From contig JAISTU010000207.1 of assembly GCA_031272415.1 (NCBI GenBank), forward strand, positions 1 to 36,879: 36,879 nt of DNA, written 5' to 3'. The translations under genes and the position numbers were made by a program. The notes under the pieces are model-generated. The model was given only the letters and a program-made list of their open reading frames with translations, did not search any database and had not been told where the DNA came from. This stretch comes from Bacteroidales bacterium. Its GTDB lineage: Bacteria > Bacteroidota > Bacteroidia > Bacteroidales > WCHB1-69. This document shows positions 31,935 through 36,879 of the stretch, one piece after another (position 1 is the stretch's first letter; each line of letters starts with the position of its first letter).

Positions 31935-34775
31935 ATGAATAAAGGAATTGTAAAAAGTATGTTTTTAGTCGTTTGCATGTTATGGACGGCTGTGTGGGCG
32001 CAAGATGTGAATGCGCCGATTAACAATGACCCCAACGTTAAAATTGGGAAATTAGAAAATGGAATGACCTATTATATTCGGGCAAACAAAAAGCCTGAGA
32101 AAAAGGTGGAATTTCGTTTGGCAGTAAATGCAGGCTCTATGCAGGAGAATGATGACCAGCAAGGATTAGCGCATTTTACTGAACACATGGGTTTTAACGG
32201 CATCAAAGGCTATCCGGGCAATGCGGTTGTAAGTGAATTGCAAAAAATTGGCGTCTCTTTTGGGGCTGATTTAAACGCATACACTTCTTTTGACCAGACT
32301 GTTTATATGATACAGTTGCCGTCAGATGACCCTAAATATCTCAATCTTGGCTTTGACATTCTCTATGGCTGGGCAGCCGGCATGTTGATGGATGACAAAG
32401 AAATTGACAAAGAAAGAGGTGTCATTATCGAAGAATGGCGAATGCGATTGGGAGCCAACGACAGAATGCAGCGGAAATATTACCCTGTTTTGATGAACAA
32501 TTCCCGCTATGCAGAGCGGATGCCGATTGGGAAAGTTGAACTGTTGAAAACTTTTAAACCGCAAGTATTAAAAGATTTTTACAAAGATTGGTATCGCCCT
32601 GATTTACAAGCAATTATAATTGTTGGCGACATTGATGTAAATGCTACTGAAGCCAAAATTAAAGAAATGATGAGTGGTATTCAAATGCCTGCTAATCCGC
32701 GTAAAAAAGAAATTTATCCCATTCCTATGCGTACCGAGCCGGCGGTCGTTATTTGCACCGATAAAGAAGCCCCCGCAACAGTGTTGTTTTCTTACAAGTT
32801 GTTCCCTAATTTCAAAATTGAGAAAGTAGGCGATTATAAGACCGAATTTACGCATCAATTGTACAATACGATGTTTGATGCTCGTTTTTCTGAAATATCA
32901 CAAAATCCTGATTGTCCGTTTATTGGAGCATCAGAAGGCTATGGAGATTTTATAGGCGTGTTGGATGCGTATGGTTTTCAGATAGTTTGCAAAGAAAATC
33001 GCACCGAAGACGCACTCAAAAGAGTGATACAAGAAGAACATAGAGTGAAAAAATATGGCTTTTTGGAGTCGGAACTCAAGCGTGCCAAAGAAGTGTTAAT
33101 GGAAAGATACAAACGGGCTGAAAAAGAAGTAGATAAGACCGAATCTGCTACATTTACATGGCAATATATCAGCCATTATTTAGAAGGCGACCCCATTCCG
33201 GGTGCCAAAAGATTAGCCAAATTTGCCGAAAAATTTGTGGCAGAAATTACACTTGAAGAAGTAAACGCTTTGGCAGAGGTTTGGTTAAAAGAAAATAATG
33301 CTGTTGTAGTGTTGCAAATCCCTGAAAAAGAAGGAATTAAAGTGCCTACCGAAGACGGATTGCTCAAAATTATGACCGACCCTCAATTAGCCAACGTTGA
33401 ACCTTATGTTGATGATTATAAAGAAACTGATTTTGTTGACCCTGATAAAATTACAGCCGGAAAAATAGTTTCTGAAAGGAATTTGGACGAAATTGGTGCC
33501 AAAGAATTGATGCTCTCTAACGGTGTAAAAGTGATTTTGAAAAAGACCGAATTTAAGAATGACGAAATTGTAATGAGTGCCCGTAGCAAAGGCGGTTACA
33601 GTCTCTATCCGCCCGAAGATATTGTGTCGGCTCAATTTGCCAATGAATTTGTAGATAACGGCGGTATTGCGGACATGGACGTCAATTCGTTACACAAAAA
33701 AATGCAAGGAAAACGCTATGGTTTAATGCCTTACATTTATACTTTGGGGGAATCGTTTGACGGGTCTGCATCACCCGACGATTTGGAAACCTATTTTCAA
33801 TATTTGCATGCTTATTTTACCAATATCAGAATAGATACAAGTGCATACAAAGTGGTAATGGATCAAATGCTTACGCAGATAAAAATGATTGCACAAATGC
33901 CAATGTATAAAATGCTTGCCAAATTGATGGACGTAAGTACGCAAAAAAATCCTTACGCATCCAATATTTTGACAATGGGCGAGGAGGGCATCAAAAAAGC
34001 CGACTTTAACCGAGCAGTGCAGATATTTAGGGAGCGGTTTGCTAATCCTGCCGATTTTGTGTTCACTTTTGTAGGCAATTTTGATGAAACTTTGATGCGT
34101 CAATATTTGGAAAAATATGTAGCCTCTTTGCCTACACAACGCGGTCAAAATGAATTCTATAGGGATGCTGTTTTGGCGGATATGTTCCCCACAACACAAC
34201 AAAGTGAAACAATCATTTCAGGTACGGAAGACCAAAGTTGGGTTGGCATTGCGTTTTCACACCAATATCCTTATTCAAACGCTAATAACATGATAGCCAC
34301 ACAAATAGGAGACGCAATTGATATTGAATTATTAGAATTGATACGCGAAAAAATGGGAGGTGTTTATTCGCCTATCGTTCAAGCAGATTTTGAGAGACAT
34401 CCCAAAGCCGAATGGGCTCTTATGATTGCCTACGCTTGTGCCCCCAAAAAAGTAGAAAAAATTACCGCTGCAGCATTGAAGTTTTTGAAAAATTTCCAAA
34501 AAACAGGACCTAAACCCGAAACTTTGGAAAAAGTTAAAAAACAACTCATCAACAGCAACCTTACGCGTTTAGAATCAAATAATTTTTGGAAAAATTATAT
34601 TTCTGGTAAATATTTTGAGGACGAGCAAGCAGAACTCAACTTAATCAATTCATACGAAGCAAGAGTGAACGCCGTTACAATGGATGACATTAAGAAGTTT
34701 TTACAAGAAAATTTTGACCCCAATCATTACGTAAGAGTAACATTGTTACCCGAAAACGTAAAGAAAAAGAAATAA
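31935..34775 (+). CDS. M16-family (insulinase/pitrilysin-like) zinc metallopeptidase, secreted
   Basis: Signal peptide, inverted zinc motif HFTEHMGFNG (HxxEH), downstream Glu region ERGVIIEEWR. The 946-aa size fits the two-halves M16 architecture. Confidence 0.88.
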   Translation: MNKGIVKSMFLVVCMLWTAVWAQDVNAPINNDPNVKIGKLENGMTYYIRANKKPEKKVEFRLAVNAGSMQENDDQQGLAHFTEHMGFNGIKGYPGNAVVSELQKIGVSFGADLNAYTSFDQTVYMIQLPSDDPKYLNLGFDILYGWAAGMLMDDKEIDKERGVIIEEWRMRLGANDRMQRKYYPVLMNNSRYAERMPIGKVELLKTFKPQVLKDFYKDWYRPDLQAIIIVGDIDVNATEAKIKEMMSGIQMPANPRKKEIYPIPMRTEPAVVICTDKEAPATVLFSYKLFPNFKIEKVGDYKTEFTHQLYNTMFDARFSEISQNPDCPFIGASEGYGDFIGVLDAYGFQIVCKENRTEDALKRVIQEEHRVKKYGFLESELKRAKEVLMERYKRAEKEVDKTESATFTWQYISHYLEGDPIPGAKRLAKFAEKFVAEITLEEVNALAEVWLKENNAVVVLQIPEKEGIKVPTEDGLLKIMTDPQLANVEPYVDDYKETDFVDPDKITAGKIVSERNLDEIGAKELMLSNGVKVILKKTEFKNDEIVMSARSKGGYSLYPPEDIVSAQFANEFVDNGGIADMDVNSLHKKMQGKRYGLMPYIYTLGESFDGSASPDDLETYFQYLHAYFTNIRIDTSAYKVVMDQMLTQIKMIAQMPMYKMLAKLMDVSTQKNPYASNILTMGEEGIKKADFNRAVQIFRERFANPADFVFTFVGNFDETLMRQYLEKYVASLPTQRGQNEFYRDAVLADMFPTTQQSETIISGTEDQSWVGIAFSHQYPYSNANNMIATQIGDAIDIELLELIREKMGGVYSPIVQADFERHPKAEWALMIAYACAPKKVEKITAAALKFLKNFQKTGPKPETLEKVKKQLINSNLTRLESNNFWKNYISGKYFEDEQAELNLINSYEARVNAVTMDDIKKFLQENFDPNHYVRVTLLPENVKKKK

Positions 34776-34801
34776 TAATTTTGTGTGGTGATTATTTAAT
34801 C

Positions 34802-34827
34802 AAAAGGACGGCTTTGCCGTCCTTTTT
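34802..34827 (+). terminator. Rho-independent terminator
   Basis: aaaaggacggc-ttt-gccgtcctttt, a perfect stem with a 3' T run. Confidence 0.85.
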
Positions 34828-34851
34828 AATTAAACATCAAAAAAAAATTAT

Positions 34852-35883
34852 ATGCAATTATCGGAACGAATTACGGCTTTTGTACGACTTGGAGAAGAAT
34901 TGAAAAGCAAGAAAATCAATGATTTACAAAAAATAATTCAAAATGAACATTTGTACAATCCTTGGTTTATTACTCCTTTTGTGCAGACATCTATTGACAA
35001 TATCAGTCTTTGGTTAGAGAAAGAAACGTTGGAAAATTTTCTTAAAAAATATTATTATTTAATTGAAAATAAGAAGATTATACAAAATATAGGGATTGTT
35101 ATGGCGGGTAATATTCCTTTGGTAGGGTTTCATGATTTTTTGTGTGTTTTGTTGGCTGGCGAGAAAGCAATTTGCAAATTATCTTCTGATGACAAGCGAC
35201 TTTTGCCTGCCATTGTTGCCATTTTGCTGCAAATTGAGCCACGTTTTTCTTCGCAAATTCATTTTGTTGAGCAAAAAATATCTTCTGTTGACAAAATAAT
35301 TGCCACAGGTTCGGATGTAACTATGAGCATGATGGCGACCTATTTTGCCAACATTCCCACTCTTTTGCGAGGACATAGAAATTCAATTGCGGTTTTAGAC
35401 GGCAACGAAAATGATACACAATTGTCGGCATTGACAGATGCTTTGTTTTTGTATTTTGGCATGGGCTGCAGAAGTGTTTCAAAAATTTATATTCCGCACG
35501 GATATGATTTTAAGAGATTGTTTCAATCAATTGATAATCAATATAAAACAATACTTTCTCAACATCATAAATATTTGAATAATTTAGAATATCAAAAAGT
35601 AGTTCATTTGATTGACAATCAAGTGTTTTTAGACCAAGGTGTCAGCATTTTCAAGGAGGATGAGAAATTACATTCGCCTTTGAGTGTGGTGCATTACCAG
35701 TTTTATGGAAACAAAAAAGACTTGTACGAACAATTGTCGGCACAAAAAGACAAAATTCAATGTATGTGTAGCAATGTGATGCCTTATAGCGAATTTATTG
35801 CGTTCGAAAATGCACAGCAACCATGTTTGTATGAGTTTGCTAATGAGATAGATACGCTGCATTTTATTCTCAATAAGGAGTGA
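34852..35883 (+). CDS. LuxC-type acyl-CoA reductase family protein
   Basis: Conserved blocks recalled for the Bacteroidota acyl-CoA reductase family are IGIVMAGNIPLVGFHDFLCVLLAG, KLSSDDKRLLP, IIATGSD, NSIAVLDGNE and FLYFGMGCRSVSKIYIP. Confidence 0.65.
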   Translation: MQLSERITAFVRLGEELKSKKINDLQKIIQNEHLYNPWFITPFVQTSIDNISLWLEKETLENFLKKYYYLIENKKIIQNIGIVMAGNIPLVGFHDFLCVLLAGEKAICKLSSDDKRLLPAIVAILLQIEPRFSSQIHFVEQKISSVDKIIATGSDVTMSMMATYFANIPTLLRGHRNSIAVLDGNENDTQLSALTDALFLYFGMGCRSVSKIYIPHGYDFKRLFQSIDNQYKTILSQHHKYLNNLEYQKVVHLIDNQVFLDQGVSIFKEDEKLHSPLSVVHYQFYGNKKDLYEQLSAQKDKIQCMCSNVMPYSEFIAFENAQQPCLYEFANEIDTLHFILNKE

Positions 35884-36016
35884 TTTTTTTATCTCTCATT
35901 CATCGGTTTTGTACGCTAAAACAGGCTAAAAAAATTTATTTTATTGATTATCAATACATTACGCATTTATTTTCATTTATTTTCTTCGAAAAAGCATTTT
36001 ATATCAAAAAAAAGTG

Positions 36017-36024
36017 TATCTTTG
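36017..36024 (+). promoter_or_regulatory. -7 box TATCTTTG (aaaagtgTATCTTTGcatttt) for tRNA-Leu
   Basis: 26 nt upstream of the first base of the tRNA. Confidence 0.65.
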
Positions 36025-36050
36025 CATTTTACTTAAATTTTCCATAAGAC

Positions 36051-36134
36051 GCCCAGGTGGCGGAATTGGTAGACGCGTTGGTCTCAAACACCAATGGGGT
36101 AATTCCCGTACCGGTTCGACTCCGGTCCTGGGCA
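36051..36134 (+). tRNA. tRNA-Leu (anticodon CAA)
   Basis: Acceptor stem gcccagg/cctgggc, D-arm gcg/cgc with aattggtaga loop, anticodon stem ttggt/accaa, loop ctCAAac, long variable arm (class II), T-arm accgg-ttcgact-ccggt, discriminator A. No encoded CCA. Confidence 0.95.
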
Positions 36135-36135
36135 C

Positions 36136-36187
36136 AAAACAGTCTGATATTATTATATATGTTTATATCAGGCTGTTTTGCTTTTTA
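36136..36187 (+). terminator. Long hairpin terminator after tRNA-Leu
   Basis: aaaacagtctgatat-N14-atatcaggctgtttt is a 15-bp stem with one G-U pair, followed by gcttttt. Confidence 0.7.
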
Positions 36188-36601
36188 TGCAATGCCCTTT
36201 ATATTGTAAATAAAGTGTTAAATCGTCTATCCAAAGTCCATTTTCAATGGCTATCCTTTTTAATTCTTGTTGGAAAGCAAACTTCGACCACCTCCGCTCA
36301 GTTTGAGATTGTTCTCCCAAATTTTCCGCGATTCCTCCTCTGTAGGCGGAGTTGATCGTTTCACGGATTCGCTGTTCTGTTTTGCCCTCATCCAATAATC
36401 TCTGTTCGTTATTGTCTCCCATTGGAAATCTGTCACCCATTCGGGTCTTTCGTTGTTTTTACCTATTATTTCCTGTAACTTCTGCTCTGCATTCTTATTA
36501 ACCTGACATCTAAATAACCTTTTAAAGAAATTAAATATCTTTTGCCACCATTTTAAATTAGCCTCATTCTCTACCTGTATAAAATTCTGATCCGAAATCA
36601 T
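36168..36601 (-). pseudogene. Degraded gene of unknown function (two overlapping reading frames)
   Basis: ORFs 36260-36601 and 36168-36440 overlap in different frames and read like parts of one protein (...ERPEWVTDFQWETITNRDYW... / ...EQRIRETINSAYRGGIAENL...FQQELKRIAIENGLWIDD...). The 3' end runs into the tRNA terminator hairpin. No family recognised. Confidence 0.3.
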
Positions 36602-36651
36602 TCAATATAACACTTCAAAGCAGGGAATTGCAGGCTTGCCCCGCAAGCCTC

Positions 36652-36719
36652 TGTCTGAACTTTGATTTTGAATGATTTTAATGATTTGTGTGATTATTTA
36701 AAATCCTGCCAAGTTTGAT
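36652..36719 (+). repeat. gtctgaac-type repeat unit (truncated copy)
   Basis: gtctgaacttttgattttgaatgattttaatgatttgtgtgattatttaaaatcctgcc matches 8919-8975 closely. It is preceded by the hairpin aggcttgc-ccc-gcaagcct. Confidence 0.8.
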
Positions 36720-36879
36720 ATGACTTCCAACCTGACAGGCAATGCCAACGATTACATTACCATTGCGAGCAACGGAAATATGGTGAATACTGCGCTCAAT
36801 CAAACAACCGTGCCGTATTATATTGTTGGCAATAAAAACATTAACAAGACGCTAACTATCAACGAAGGCGTTACAATCT
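36720..36879 (+). CDS. Partial ORF running off the window (N/T/I-rich, adhesin-like repeat composition)
   Basis: The ATG at 36720 comes directly after a repeat unit. The frame stays open to the window end (MTSNLTGNANDYITIASNGNMVNTALNQTTVPYYIVGNKNINKTLTINEGVTI...). It looks visibly less AT-rich than the flanking DNA. It may be an internal fragment of a larger gene. Confidence 0.3.
   Translation, partial: MTSNLTGNANDYITIASNGNMVNTALNQTTVPYYIVGNKNINKTLTINEGVTI

Overview
AT-rich chromosomal segment. I infer an anaerobic member of Bacteroidota from TAnnTTTG-type promoter boxes, a GldH-like lipoprotein, a CarboxypepD_reg-type TonB-dependent receptor, an hmu-type locus and an [FeFe]-hydrogenase. About 25 genes are supported. 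In order: a large PD40/Omp85-like outer-membrane protein; a monothiol thioredoxin-like protein; a four-gene NuoE/NuoF-type multimeric [FeFe]-hydrogenase operon; an EEP-family nuclease/phosphatase and a YiiX-like permuted papain-fold protein; a frameshifted SAM-methyltransferase preceded by an orphan promoter and a C15 tract; and a translationally coupled five-gene cluster of haem-type TonB receptor, CobN-like HmuS, polytopic membrane protein, MotA/ExbB and a small TM protein. These are followed by a BspA-type LRR lipoprotein; asd; gldH-like plus PBP1A; mutS2; a RhuM-family gene with a truncated paralogue; a valS gene that loses homology after about 205 codons; a PepSY-like repeat protein; an M16 peptidase; a LuxC-type acyl-CoA reductase; and tRNA-Leu(CAA). 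The most unusual content is the non-coding DNA. Almost every intergenic region is built from one small set of repeat modules, assembled into inverted-repeat-bounded, hairpin-filled MITE-like composites, with no transposase in the window. Seven promoters share a near-identical cassette of about 33 nt. One repeat module lies in frame inside the CobN-like hmuS gene, where it encodes a Q/N/P/M-rich insertion. No CRISPR array, rRNA, integrase or transposase gene was seen. All functional calls rest on motif recognition by eye, not on database searches.
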